From positions 56,046-120,045 of the forward strand of contig CAVTCR010000026.1 in NCBI GenBank assembly GCA_963733195.1: DNA of 64,000 nt. Reading direction: 5' to 3'. Source of the DNA: an uncultured delta proteobacterium (GTDB taxonomy: Bacteria > Desulfobacterota > Binatia > Bin18). A program made the position numbers and the translations under genes. Below the pieces are notes generated by a model. That model did not search any database. It saw only the letters and a program-made list of their open reading frames with translations, and was not told the DNA's origin. Of this stretch, positions 30,822 through 41,181 are shown piece after piece (within the stretch, counting starts at the first letter, position 1; every line of letters starts with the position of its first letter).

Positions 30822-31409
30822 ATGAGACGTAAACAAGAAATGACGTTGGGGGAACGGCTGTATGTCCCGGAGATAGTTCGTGGACTTACGGTGACTCTGT
30901 TCCATTTTTTCCGCAATCTTTCTCTGCACCTCGCCCATTTCCTGGGCTTTGCCGAGGAAACCAAAGCTGCTTACACGACACAGTATCCCGAAGAGCGTAA
31001 GCAATATCCTGATACCTATCGTGGGAGCCATCGCTTGACGTTGAAAGAGGATGGTTCGGTGCGGTGTACGGCATGCTTTCTGTGCGCGACTGCCTGTCCG
31101 GCAAACTGTATTCATATCGAAGCTGGCGAACATCCTGACCCGACAGTCGAAAAGTTTCCTGTGCGTTATGAGATCGACACCTTGCGCTGTATCTACTGTG
31201 GTATGTGTGTCGAAGCCTGTCCTTGTGACGCTATTCGCATGGACACGTTCGTGCATCCACGGATCTGGGGATTCTCACGCACGGACTTTATTGAGCCGAA
31301 GGAAATCCTGATGGGACGCTCACGCACGCTGGCAGAGGGTGGGCGTGATTCGGTTATGGTCGAGATGCTGGAAAGTTACCAAGAAGCTGAACGTAAATCG
31401 CTTGAATAG
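30822..31409 (+). CDS. nuoI: NADH-quinone oxidoreductase subunit I (outside a nuo operon)
   Basis: QYPEE, RG.H.L, CTACFLCATACP and CIYCGMCVEACP motifs. Confidence 0.9.
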   Translation: MRRKQEMTLGERLYVPEIVRGLTVTLFHFFRNLSLHLAHFLGFAEETKAAYTTQYPEERKQYPDTYRGSHRLTLKEDGSVRCTACFLCATACPANCIHIEAGEHPDPTVEKFPVRYEIDTLRCIYCGMCVEACPCDAIRMDTFVHPRIWGFSRTDFIEPKEILMGRSRTLAEGGRDSVMVEMLESYQEAERKSLE

Positions 31410-31447
31410 TAACCGGGAATACTGCTGAGAATAGGGATAAAAGAATT

Positions 31448-32632
31448 ATGGCTAAGACGTACAAACAGCTCATGGAAGAAGCACGCAAAGCGATTCCAGA
31501 GGTCTCAATTGACGAAGTCAAGAATCGTGTAGAGCGCGGTGAAAATTGGACACTGCTCGACGTGCGAGAACGAGAGGAATACCGCGAAGGGCATCTTGAA
31601 GGAGCGATTTCACTCCCGCGTGGTTTCCTCGAAATGCGAGTTGAAGAAGCGGTTGCTGATAAGAGTAAGCCGATCATTGCCTACTGCGCAGGTGGGGTGC
31701 GTTCACTCATTGCTGCGCGGACCTTGAAAGAGATGGGATACGAAAACGTCGTGTCTATGTCCGGTGGCTATACAGCATGGAAAAATGCTGGTCACAAATG
31801 GGTTGCGGATCGGCAGTTTACACAAGAGCAAATTACCCGTTATGCGCGTCACTTCACGTTACCTGAAGTGGGCGAGAAAGGACAAGCAAAGCTGCTCGAA
31901 GGCAAGGTCCTTTGCATCGGTGCCGGAGGACTTGGATCTCCTGTGGCTTTTTATCTTGCGGCTGCTGGGGTCGGAACGATCGGTATCATCGATAACGATG
32001 TCGTCGATATGAGCAACCTACAGCGACAGATCCTCCACACCAACGATCGGGTTGGCATGCCGAAGGTTGAATCTGCACAGAAGACACTGAACGCTCTGAA
32101 CCCAGATGTCAAAGTGATTCCTATCAATGAGCGCCTGTCGTCAGAGAATGTCATGCGCATCATCAAGGACTTCGACATCGTTATTAATGGGTGCGACAAC
32201 TTCCCAACACGCTATCTCATCAACGATGCCTGTGTGATGGCCAAGAAGCCGTTAGTTGATGGCTCGATCTTTCAGTTCGAAGGGCAAGCTACAGTATTCT
32301 ACCCCGAACGCGGGCCATGCTACCGTTGCCTATTCCCTGAGCCGCCACCACCAGGAGCTGCTCCAAGCTGTGCAGAAGCAGGCGTGCTCGGTGTGCTTCC
32401 TGGTCTCGTAGGCTGCGTGCAAGCATTAGAAGCGATGAAACTGATTCTCGGGGCCGGGAGACCGCTAATCGGACGGATGATGCATTTCGATACTCTCAGC
32501 TCAGAAGTTCGTGTGCTCAAACTGCGTCGTGATCCGAATTGCCTGGTGTGTAGTGATCATCCCAAAATTACAGAGCTGATTGATTACGAAGAATTTTGCG
32601 GTCTGCGTAACCCGAGCGCGGCACATTCGTAG
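31448..32632 (+). CDS. moeB: Rhodanese-MoeB/ThiF fusion (MoeZ-like adenylyltransferase)
   Basis: N-terminal LDVRE..E...GH and YCAGGVRS; RYARH, GAGGLG, SNLQRQ and PCYRC motifs. Confidence 0.9.
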   Translation: MAKTYKQLMEEARKAIPEVSIDEVKNRVERGENWTLLDVREREEYREGHLEGAISLPRGFLEMRVEEAVADKSKPIIAYCAGGVRSLIAARTLKEMGYENVVSMSGGYTAWKNAGHKWVADRQFTQEQITRYARHFTLPEVGEKGQAKLLEGKVLCIGAGGLGSPVAFYLAAAGVGTIGIIDNDVVDMSNLQRQILHTNDRVGMPKVESAQKTLNALNPDVKVIPINERLSSENVMRIIKDFDIVINGCDNFPTRYLINDACVMAKKPLVDGSIFQFEGQATVFYPERGPCYRCLFPEPPPPGAAPSCAEAGVLGVLPGLVGCVQALEAMKLILGAGRPLIGRMMHFDTLSSEVRVLKLRRDPNCLVCSDHPKITELIDYEEFCGLRNPSAAHS

Positions 32633-32719
32633 ATACACTCGTCCCTCATACGTCTTGCCAATTCCTGCTGGGGGACATTTAATAATGCGGTGATGGTAGT
32701 GATGGACTGAATGATCGAT

Positions 32720-32750
32720 AGGGCACGGTACGCCGTGCCCTTTGTTTTTT
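32720..32750 (+). terminator. Probable intrinsic terminator or degenerate REP hairpin
   Basis: agggcacgg-tacg-ccgtgccct followed by ttgttttt. Confidence 0.5.
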
Positions 32751-32771
32751 ACCGTCTAGGAGTAGTACGCT

Positions 32772-34625
32772 GTGGCTGCAACACAAGAAGTTATAAATCT
32801 GCAAACGCTTGCTCGCAAACTGCGTATCCATTCTCTGCGTGCAACCGCAGAAGCTGGTTCTGGGCACCCGACCTCATGTCTCTCGGCTGCTGACTTAGTC
32901 TCTGCGCTGTTTTTTCACACGATGCGCTTTGATCCGAAGAATGCCGCACATCCTAATAACGACCGCTTTGTCCTCTCCAAAGGCCATGCTGCGCCGGTAT
33001 TATACGCGGCACTTGCAGAGGCGGGTGTATGGCCTGTCGAGCAGTTGCTGACCTTGCGCAATTTGACGAGTGACTTGGAAGGACATCCCACGCCACGGAT
33101 TCCATGGGTGGATGCGGCAACTGGTTCGCTTGGGCAGGGGCTCTCGGTTGGGGTTGGTCTAGCGCTCAACGGTAAATATCTGGAGAAGAGTGACTATCGC
33201 GTTTATGTGTTGCTGGGCGACGGTGAGATTGCCGAAGGCAGCGTGTGGGAAGCGGCGGCTTTGGCGACACACTATCGACTCGACAATTTGGTTGGCATTA
33301 TCGATGTCAACGGACTTGGGCAAAGCCAGCGGACAATGTACAACCACGATACAACCGTCTATCACAATCGGTTCGCGGCTTTTGGTTGGCACACCGTGAC
33401 CGTCGACGGGCATGATATGCCAGCGATTGTTGCTGCACTCGATCAAGCTCGTGATGTGAAAGATCGCCCGACCATGATTGTCGCCCGAACCTTGAAAGGG
33501 AAAGGCGTCTCTTTTCTTGAAGATCGCGAAGGCTGGCATGGTAAACCCCTGAAGAAAGGCGAGGAATTAGACAAAGCCCTCAGTGAGCTACCACTGAATG
33601 GAAGTGGTACTACTGTAAAGATTGCAGCTCCGACTGGAGCACAGTCTCGTTCCTCATCGATGTCCGTACCGTTTCCAGCGCCTGAGTACAAACTCGGTGA
33701 TAAGGTTGCAACCCGCTCAGCCTACGGGACTGCGTTGGCAAAACTTGGGACCGTGAATCCCAACATTGTTGCGCTTGATGGCGACACCAAGAACTCGACA
33801 TTTGCTGAGAAGTTTCTTGCTGTGCACAAAGACCGCTATTTTGAGAGTTTTATCGCCGAACAGAATATGGTCGGTGCGGCAGTTGGTCTTGCTGCGTGCG
33901 GGAAGATTCCTTTCGTGTCGACGTTTGCAGCTTTTCTAACGCGAGCATTCGATCATATGCGCATGGCAGCGATCTCTGGTGTGGCAATCAAATATGCCGG
34001 ATCGCATTGTGGAGTCTCAATTGGTGAAGATGGCCCCTCACAAATGGGGCTTGAAGATATCGCCATGATGCGTGCTATTCCGCACTCAACGGTCCTCTAT
34101 CCGAGTGATGCCGTGTCTGCTGAACGGTTAGTTGCTGCGGCAGCGAATCTCAAAGGGACGACCTATCTCCGGACTTCACGGCCAGCGACGCCAGTGCTGT
34201 ATGCCAACAACGAAGAGTTTCCTGTCGGTGGAAGCAAAGTGCTACGATCGAGTACTGATGATCGGATGACGATCGTTGCCGCGGGAATAACCCTCCATGA
34301 AGCGCTTTCTGCGTACGAGACACTGAAAGCGGCAGGAATCAACGTCAGAGTGATTGATGCTTATTCGGTGAAACCGATCGACGCACAAGGCCTTCTTGCC
34401 GCTGCCGCACAGACACGAAACACGATTCTTGTCGTTGAAGACCACTACTACGACGGCGGGCTGGGCGATGCGGTGCTCAATGCCGTTGCGACGCACGGCA
34501 TCCAGGTTCACAAACTCGCAGTGACCGAAGTGCCTCGCTCCGGCAAGCCGGAAGAATTACTTGACGCATACGGCATCAGCGCACGACGGATTGTGGAGAA
34601 GGTGAAGGGCCTAAGCGGCAAATAA
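32772..34625 (+). CDS. tkt: Transketolase
   Basis: GSGHP, SKGHAAP, EGHPTP, GSLGQG, GDGE (TPP) and GEDGPSQ motifs. Confidence 0.93.
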   Translation: MAATQEVINLQTLARKLRIHSLRATAEAGSGHPTSCLSAADLVSALFFHTMRFDPKNAAHPNNDRFVLSKGHAAPVLYAALAEAGVWPVEQLLTLRNLTSDLEGHPTPRIPWVDAATGSLGQGLSVGVGLALNGKYLEKSDYRVYVLLGDGEIAEGSVWEAAALATHYRLDNLVGIIDVNGLGQSQRTMYNHDTTVYHNRFAAFGWHTVTVDGHDMPAIVAALDQARDVKDRPTMIVARTLKGKGVSFLEDREGWHGKPLKKGEELDKALSELPLNGSGTTVKIAAPTGAQSRSSSMSVPFPAPEYKLGDKVATRSAYGTALAKLGTVNPNIVALDGDTKNSTFAEKFLAVHKDRYFESFIAEQNMVGAAVGLAACGKIPFVSTFAAFLTRAFDHMRMAAISGVAIKYAGSHCGVSIGEDGPSQMGLEDIAMMRAIPHSTVLYPSDAVSAERLVAAAANLKGTTYLRTSRPATPVLYANNEEFPVGGSKVLRSSTDDRMTIVAAGITLHEALSAYETLKAAGINVRVIDAYSVKPIDAQGLLAAAAQTRNTILVVEDHYYDGGLGDAVLNAVATHGIQVHKLAVTEVPRSGKPEELLDAYGISARRIVEKVKGLSGK

Positions 34626-34783
34626 TGTAGCGGAAAGAAGCTTGGCGTAGGGAGAGTGCGAGTAGTCATTCTCCGTGTAGGCGGGAATCCAGGCTTTTCA
34701 GCAATGTTGGACACGGTGTGCCGTGCCCAGACTATTGCTATCTGCATTGACGATCTTGCTGCCCGGTTCAATAGGCAAGTGGC

Positions 34784-35410
34784 TCACTCTGCGCCAAAGT
34801 CGTTCAGGTCGAGTGTTAATGCCATTTTCTCAAACCCAGCGTAGTAAATCGGCTGGCCTAATTCACGAAACTTACGCTCAAAATCCGTAAGAATTGGCTT
34901 ACCTCTCTTGTTGACGTGATCGCGTTTCCACGGGAACTGTTGCAGTTCAGGGACATTATTGAACTGCTGCACGATCTTGACGAAATACTCCTGTACGTCT
35001 GAAGCAAGAAGAATCTTTCCTCCGGGTACGAGTGTTTGCGTGAGGGCTGTGGCGAAGTCGTCGTGAAACAATCGTCGTTCGTGATGCCGCCGTTTCCACC
35101 ATGGGTCAGGAAAGTAGAGATGGTAGACGGAAACCCCGCCAGGCCACAGCGGCGTGCGTATCAAGCATCTCATGTCCGCATGGATCGCTCGGATATTTGC
35201 TGGTCCGTCGCGTTCGATCAGATACGCTAGACGAAACGCGCGGCGTTTGCAGATTTCCACGGCAAAAAAATTGCGCTCTGGCGTATGCTGGGCATGAGCG
35301 AGCAGAAACGCGCCTTTGCCAGGGCCAATTTCGACTTCAACAGGGTGGTCATTGCCAAAGATGTCTTGCCATCGCACTGTTGGTGCTGAGGAGGTCGGAG
35401 ACGTGTTCAT
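34784..35410 (-). CDS. trmB: tRNA (guanine-N7)-methyltransferase
   Basis: EIGPGKG, FPDPWWKRRH..RR and TDFERK motifs; start uncertain. Confidence 0.87.
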   Translation of the reverse strand: MNTSPTSSAPTVRWQDIFGNDHPVEVEIGPGKGAFLLAHAQHTPERNFFAVEICKRRAFRLAYLIERDGPANIRAIHADMRCLIRTPLWPGGVSVYHLYFPDPWWKRRHHERRLFHDDFATALTQTLVPGGKILLASDVQEYFVKIVQQFNNVPELQQFPWKRDHVNKRGKPILTDFERKFRELGQPIYYAGFEKMALTLDLNDFGAE

Positions 35411-35469
35411 AGGGACGAGAGGTTTTGTATACTGCTTTGTAGCTGTGCTCCTTGAGTGCGAAGGATCTC

Positions 35470-36201
35470 TCACGTAAGGACGCGCCCTCCATCAACATGA
35501 AATACTGACCCAGTGCTGTAGTCAGACCCGGCAATGAACGCCACCAACTCTGCCACTTCCTTTGGGGTACCCATGCGTTTCACCAACGTCTTGTTAATCT
35601 CTCGTTGACGTACGTCTTCGGGAGTGTCGTCCTGAAACAGGACCGGACCAGGAACAACGGCATTGACCATCACTTTTGGTGCTAATTCCATTGCTAATCC
35701 TTGTGTGAGGGTAAGCACGCACGCTTTCGCAACCGAGTACGGAACATAATCGATCCACGGGCGCAATCCGGCCACGTCTGCCATGTTGATAATATGGCCG
35801 GAGCCCCAGTCATACATGCGTAGCCCAATCTTCTGTGCGCACATAAACGTTCCGGTAAGGTTAGTGTCGATCACGCGCTCAATCTCTTCTGCCGTGAGCG
35901 TCTCGATTGGCGTACGATAAAACACTGAGGCATTGTTCACCAAGATGTCAATACGTCCAAACCGTACGATAGTGGCTTCGATCATGCGTTCAACCTCAGC
36001 CTCTTGGGTGATGTTTGCCTGGAGTGCGATCGCTTCATGGCCGGCTGCGAGTAACTCACGAACGGTTTCCTCGGCTTCCGCTTGAGAGGCATGGTAATGA
36101 ACGACGAGGTGACAGCCTCGATTGGCAAGCGTGTGGACAATGGCTTTCCCGACGCGTTTCGCGCCACCGGTGACAAGGGCGACTTTTCCGTTCAGATTCA
36201 T
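35470..36201 (-). CDS. SDR oxidoreductase, pteridine reductase/FolM-like
   Basis: TGGAKRVG, VHYH.S, NNASVF and YSVAK motifs. Confidence 0.85.
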   Translation of the reverse strand: MNLNGKVALVTGGAKRVGKAIVHTLANRGCHLVVHYHASQAEAEETVRELLAAGHEAIALQANITQEAEVERMIEATIVRFGRIDILVNNASVFYRTPIETLTAEEIERVIDTNLTGTFMCAQKIGLRMYDWGSGHIINMADVAGLRPWIDYVPYSVAKACVLTLTQGLAMELAPKVMVNAVVPGPVLFQDDTPEDVRQREINKTLVKRMGTPKEVAELVAFIAGSDYSTGSVFHVDGGRVLT

Positions 36202-36306
36202 AAATTGAGTAACGAGTAATAAGTAACGAGTGATGGGTGATGAGCAATATGTGATGATCTTGCTTTACGAACCACGTTTCACACATCACTCATCACGTAT
36301 CACGTG
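36202..36306. repeat. Inverted pair of 7-nt-period tandem repeats
   Basis: gagtaacgagtaataagtaacgagtgatgggtgatgag ... catcactcatcacgtatcacg. Confidence 0.7.
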
Positions 36307-36313
36307 TTGCGTG

Positions 36314-37057
36314 TTATGTCCTCAGCGGATCATGTTGCGGCTGTAGGATGATTTCTGTCGGGCAGACTCGTAGAGAAGCCACGGCAACAGAATATACTGC
36401 CTCTGCCACATCATCCGGGCTGATCATCTTATGGCGATCGATACGGCGATTGGGGGGAATGAGGGTAGTGTCTACGTAGCCGGGACATACCGTACAGACT
36501 TTAATGCCGTACTCACGAACTTCTTCAAATAAAGATTGGCTGAACCCACGTACGCCAAACTTTGCCGCTGCATAGGCTGATTCTCCAGCTTTTCCGCTGA
36601 ATCCAGCAAGGGAACTGATGTTGACGATAGTTCCTTTACGGCGTTCGATCATTGTCGGAAGGACGAGTCGAGAGAGGTACATAGTAGCCCATAAATTTAC
36701 CCGCAGTGTCCATTCCCAATCCCGTAGTTGAGCTTTGACTACTGGAGTGCGTGGTGTGCCGCCACCGGCATTATTGACGAGAATATCGATGTGTCCAAAC
36801 CGCTCTAAGATGACTTGTACCAATGCTTCGAGCTGTTGGTCGTTTGTTACATCGGTAGGCATGACCAGAGTCTCGGACGCACTCTGTTGTATCAGCGCTG
36901 CCACCGCATGAAGATCGGCAATCGTTCTCGCTGCTAAGACAGTCGTGGCACCAGCCTGAGCGAAACGGAGTGCAACTGCACGGCCAATACCGCGACTAGC
37001 ACCAGTAATAAGGGCGACGTTTCCTTCAAGCTGTGCGTTCATCTGCTGACTTCTCAT
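36314..37057 (-). CDS. Classical SDR oxidoreductase
   Basis: TGASRGIG, NNAG and YAAAK motifs; start uncertain. Confidence 0.88.
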   Translation of the reverse strand: MRSQQMNAQLEGNVALITGASRGIGRAVALRFAQAGATTVLAARTIADLHAVAALIQQSASETLVMPTDVTNDQQLEALVQVILERFGHIDILVNNAGGGTPRTPVVKAQLRDWEWTLRVNLWATMYLSRLVLPTMIERRKGTIVNISSLAGFSGKAGESAYAAAKFGVRGFSQSLFEEVREYGIKVCTVCPGYVDTTLIPPNRRIDRHKMISPDDVAEAVYSVAVASLRVCPTEIILQPQHDPLRT

Positions 37058-37219
37058 AGCATGCCCTTCAGTTCTCCACAGGTCCTGCCGATGACTCAAT
37101 GAGAGGAGGCGAAAATTATAAAGTAAGGGTGGTGTCTTTCTCAAAGCCACTGAAAAAATTGCACCCTGGTAACTTCCTCTCAACATTGCGGAAACACAAC
37201 CTCTGAAAGAATACTGCCG

Positions 37220-37720
37220 ATGGGCTTGTTCCAAACGCTCTATCAATTTTTGCATCCAAATGAGCTTCGTGATGCGGTACGGAAATCGTATCGTGAGCAC
37301 CGTCTCCACTCATCTCTTCCGGTCGAAACTCCCCCTCATCGAGCCGGACTCTATGGTGCTTTACGAGAGAGTTATAGTGTACGCGGGAAATCGGTAAGTG
37401 AATTGTATCTGTGGGCAGAACTTACCCCGTTCCTGCTTATGACTGAAGATACTGCCTGTGAGGCGTTAGCAGAATATGTCGTATACCAACAGATTCCTTC
37501 ACGGGCGCGAACGGTGTGGCTGACCAAGGTACTTAGTGCTGTTTTGTGTTTGCCCGCACTTTCGAAAAGTTCTCCTCGAACTATGGCTTCAATGGCCATG
37601 ATTAAAAATGTGGCGTGGTGCAAGCTGTTGGAGGATGGTGTACGAGGTTTGTTAGAGCAAGAGGTGAAAGAACTGAACAACGCCCTTGAAGATAGCAAAC
37701 TTCCCCTGCCACAGGACTGA
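37220..37720 (+). CDS. Hypothetical protein
   Basis: 166-aa ORF filling the gap between genes; no motif recognised. Confidence 0.6.
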   Translation: MGLFQTLYQFLHPNELRDAVRKSYREHRLHSSLPVETPPHRAGLYGALRESYSVRGKSVSELYLWAELTPFLLMTEDTACEALAEYVVYQQIPSRARTVWLTKVLSAVLCLPALSKSSPRTMASMAMIKNVAWCKLLEDGVRGLLEQEVKELNNALEDSKLPLPQD

Positions 37721-37848
37721 GCAGTATCACTACACCGAAGTTCTCTCTGCTTTTTCGTTGATTTGTCAGAGTGTGTCCGCTAGTATCCAAGCCGCGCAAA
37801 CTTCCTTATGCGCGAGATCCACTCCACAATCACGGAAAAGGAGGATGT

Positions 37849-38628
37849 ATGGCTTACGAGTATGCCATCTACGAGAAAAAGGGACATGTTGCGACGATTA
37901 CCATGAATCGCCCCGCAGTGATGAACTCCGTGCACCCACCGGCTACAGCCGAGTTGTCAGGGATTTGGGACGATGCCATTGCGGATGAGAATGTGTGGGT
38001 AGTCATTCTTACCGGTGCCGGCGATAAAGCCTTTTCTGCCGGCAACGATCTCAAGTATACCGCAACAAAAGGGTTCCCTTCAGGACCGCGTCCGAAGGGC
38101 GGATTTGGTGGTCTGACGGATCGCACGGATATCTGGAAACCACTGATTGCCGCAGTGAATGGCTTTGCTTTGGGTGGTGGGTTCGAGATGGCACTGTCTT
38201 GTGACATCATTATCGCTGCTGATCATGCACGCTTTGGTTTACCCGAACCTCGTGTTGGGCTAGCGGCACTCGCTGGTGGTGTTCATCGGCTCCCACGGCA
38301 GATGCCGGAAAAGATTGCGTTAGGGTACATGCTGACCGGTCGACATATGACCGCCCAAGAAGCCCATCGGTGGGGAATTGTTAATGAAGTGGTGCCGTTG
38401 AAGGATTTGATGACAACGGCAGAACGATGGGCCAATGAAATCCTTGAATGTGCACCGCTCTCTGTTCGTGCCACGAAGCAAGCGGCGATGATGGGACTTG
38501 GCCTACCTTTAGCTCAGGCCCTTGCCGGTCACTATCCAGCGATTCAGCAGATGATGTCGTCTGAAGATGTGAAAGAAGGGCCAACGGCGTTCGCAGAAAA
38601 ACGTAAGCCGAATTGGAAAGGGAAGTAG
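37849..38628 (+). CDS. Enoyl-CoA hydratase/crotonase (CaiD-like)
   Basis: AFSAGNDL, GGGFE, FGLPE and EG..AFAEKRKP motifs; RBS aggagg. Confidence 0.92.
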   Translation: MAYEYAIYEKKGHVATITMNRPAVMNSVHPPATAELSGIWDDAIADENVWVVILTGAGDKAFSAGNDLKYTATKGFPSGPRPKGGFGGLTDRTDIWKPLIAAVNGFALGGGFEMALSCDIIIAADHARFGLPEPRVGLAALAGGVHRLPRQMPEKIALGYMLTGRHMTAQEAHRWGIVNEVVPLKDLMTTAERWANEILECAPLSVRATKQAAMMGLGLPLAQALAGHYPAIQQMMSSEDVKEGPTAFAEKRKPNWKGK

Positions 38629-38673
38629 GAGTGAGGATTTGGGAGTTAGGGTTTGTAAAAAAGAGGACAAGGA

Positions 38674-39138
38674 GTGAACAAATATCAGTACTCTTCCTCG
38701 AAATCCCAAATCCTAAAGCCCAACTCCCATGTGTCTACGCTCCGCGTTCGTTACGCCGAGACCGATCAAGCCGGAATGGCACACCATTCGGCTTTCCTGC
38801 CCTGGTTCGAGGTCGGTCGTGTTGAGTTATTACGTAGCCTTGGCAAACCCTATCAGGAATTTGAAGCCGAAGGGTTATATTTCCCGGTACGAGAAGTCTT
38901 TTGTCGCTATTGGATGCCTGCACGTTTCGATGATCTCTTGCATATTGCTACCACGGTGGAAGACGTCGGTGGCGCAAGTGTACGGTTTGGCTACCGTATC
39001 ATACGCGAAGCCGATGAGGTTCTGATTGCCGAGGGCTCGACCCTTCATGCTTGTGTGGATGAGACAGGAAAAGTGAAGAGGCTTCCTCTTTCAGTCAGGG
39101 TAATGTTGGCCGGAACGGGCGTGAGGCCTAATTCTTGA
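38674..39138 (+). CDS. Acyl-CoA thioesterase, YbgC/FadM (4HBT) family
   Basis: RVRYAETDQAG..HH...WFEVGR motif; the N-terminus overlaps a heptamer repeat, so the start is uncertain. Confidence 0.85.
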   Translation: MNKYQYSSSKSQILKPNSHVSTLRVRYAETDQAGMAHHSAFLPWFEVGRVELLRSLGKPYQEFEAEGLYFPVREVFCRYWMPARFDDLLHIATTVEDVGGASVRFGYRIIREADEVLIAEGSTLHACVDETGKVKRLPLSVRVMLAGTGVRPNS

Positions 39139-39673
39139 CGATTCGGAGTTGATCGCGGTAGTGCTTCTGCACTCGGCGTAGAAAGGCATGGGTTTCTGGC
39201 CATTGATAATCTGGATAGGTATACACAAAGGGATGAAACTCGCCATGATAATACAAGAGGGTGACTTCGGCATAAATCCCATGCGATAGATACAGACGAT
39301 GCGCCTGATCCTTCGTGGAAGCAAGCACGAGTTTTGTGGCGTCAACATACCCTGGGTCGAGATTCACGCGACGAGGAGATGTTGGGCTCTCGCCCTCTGA
39401 GAGTGATGTTTCTAGTGCGTTCGTCGCGAGTTTGATACTCGCCAAGGCATCTGGCGCAATCAGCGTTTCAAACGTTATAAATTTCCGCAGTAAGTTTTCT
39501 CCCATCTCCTTGCGATAATAATTAGTCATATTCCAGGGAAAGGTCTCGCTTTCGAGGTCGACGAGGCCATATTGCGACTGCAGGTGTGTGATACTTAGCG
39601 AAAAGAACGCTGGATCGCTACTCAAAAGAGCAACAAACAGTTTGACTGGTTTTGGAGAAGTGGGAAGGCCCAT
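39128..39673 (-). CDS. DUF4416 family protein
   Basis: T.YY.KEMG, RRVNLDPGY, LASTK...HRLYL..GIYAE and YPDY motifs. Confidence 0.8.
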   Translation of the reverse strand: MGLPTSPKPVKLFVALLSSDPAFFSLSITHLQSQYGLVDLESETFPWNMTNYYRKEMGENLLRKFITFETLIAPDALASIKLATNALETSLSEGESPTSPRRVNLDPGYVDATKLVLASTKDQAHRLYLSHGIYAEVTLLYYHGEFHPFVYTYPDYQWPETHAFLRRVQKHYRDQLRIVKN

Positions 39674-39680
39674 ACTTCAT

Positions 39681-39810
39681 TGAAAAAGGGGGAAATGGGC
39701 AAATGGGGAAAAGGTAAAACGGGAAAAAACGAGAGGAGTCGATCTTCTTATTCCCCTATTTCTCTTTTTATCCGTTTCCCCTTTTATCCGTTTCCCCTTT
39801 TCTTCCCCTC
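39681..39810. repeat. Inverted pair of ~8-nt-period purine/pyrimidine tandem repeats overlapping the coaBC 3' end
   Basis: gggaaatgggcaaatggggaaaaggtaaaacgggaaaaaacg ... ttttatccgtttccccttttatccgtttcccc. Confidence 0.65.
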
Positions 39811-40991
39811 AGTCCGAGCAGTCGGTCATACACAACATGCGCAACCTCGTCTTTGCTCATGATTGGCAAGGTTTCCATTCGTTCGCTGCGATCGATAAGG
39901 GTTACGATGTTGGTGTCATGCGCAAAGCCTGCACCTTCTTGAGTCACATCATTGGCAACGATCATATCGAGGTTTTTGGTGCGCAACTTCCGTGTGGCAT
40001 TTTCAAGGACGTGCTCAGTTTCAGTAGCAAATCCAACGTGGAGGCGATTCCCTTTTTGTTGACTCAGTTCACTGAGAATGTCCGGGTTGCGAGTCAACTC
40101 AATGACAAAGTCGCCTTCCTTTTTCTTTATTTTTTGTGGTGCAACGTGCGTTGGCCGATAATCGGCAACTGCTGCAGCGGAAACGACTATTGTTGCTTGA
40201 GGATAGTGTTCGAGTATCGTTTGCTGCATTTCACGGGCAGTGCGCACTGGACAGAACCGTACCCCGCGTGGTGGCAGTAGGGACGTTGGGCCACTCACGA
40301 GCGTGACTTCCGCGCCCCGACGCCAAGCGACCCGTGCCATAGCGAATCCCATCTTGCCGGTCGAACGATTCGTGATGAAGCGTACGGGATCAATTGGCTC
40401 AGCGTTGGGACCGGCGGTGACAATAATCTTTTCTTGTGTCAGATCCTTCTTAGTCAATGCGGCGCGGGTATCCTCGACAATATCTTCCGGATCAGCGAGC
40501 CGCCCTTTGCCTTCATATCCACAGGCGAGAAACCCTTCTCCCGGCTCAACAAATCGATAGCCTCGCGCGGTGAGAACACGCATATTCTCCTGGACTGCTG
40601 GATGTGCATACATGTGCACATTCATTGCCGGAGCAACGAGGACCGGGGCAGTCGTTGCCAGCAACACCGTAGTAAGCAGATCGTCCGCGATGCCATGCGC
40701 GACTTTGCCGATGATATCAGCTGAGGCTGGCGCGATAAGAATCAAATCTGCCGTATCTGCCAAACGAATATGACCAATTTCCGATTCTTGCGTCAGGCTA
40801 AATGTTTCTGTGGCAACCGGATTGCCTGAGAGCGTTTGCAGGGTAAGAGGGGTAATGAACTCCTGGGCATTCTTGGTCATGAGAACCCGGACGATCGTCC
40901 CTTCTTTCACAAGCAAACGAGTAATCTCTGCGGCTTTGTAGGCGGCAATACCGCCAGTGATTCCCAGAACGATGGTTTTTCCAGCCAACAT
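39768..40991 (-). CDS. coaBC: Phosphopantothenoylcysteine decarboxylase/ligase
   Basis: GGIAAYK, APAMN, LACG..G.GRL, DPVRFITNRSTGKMG and AAAVADY motifs. Confidence 0.96.
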   Translation of the reverse strand: MLAGKTIVLGITGGIAAYKAAEITRLLVKEGTIVRVLMTKNAQEFITPLTLQTLSGNPVATETFSLTQESEIGHIRLADTADLILIAPASADIIGKVAHGIADDLLTTVLLATTAPVLVAPAMNVHMYAHPAVQENMRVLTARGYRFVEPGEGFLACGYEGKGRLADPEDIVEDTRAALTKKDLTQEKIIVTAGPNAEPIDPVRFITNRSTGKMGFAMARVAWRRGAEVTLVSGPTSLLPPRGVRFCPVRTAREMQQTILEHYPQATIVVSAAAVADYRPTHVAPQKIKKKEGDFVIELTRNPDILSELSQQKGNRLHVGFATETEHVLENATRKLRTKNLDMIVANDVTQEGAGFAHDTNIVTLIDRSERMETLPIMSKDEVAHVVYDRLLGLRGRKGETDKRGNG

Positions 40992-41181
40992 AACAGGTCT
41001 TTGTTCTTTCTCGGTCCTTCAAAGGAACAGTTGATATGAAAAACGTTTGCAAGGTAAAGCATAGGCCAAATGGCAAGTAAAGTCATGTTGCGGAATTATT
41101 GTGGTAGCTCTCCTTGACCTTTTCCCCACCTTTGGCATCATGAGGAAAATAACTTTCTGAAGCTATAGGTTATCGTACCAT

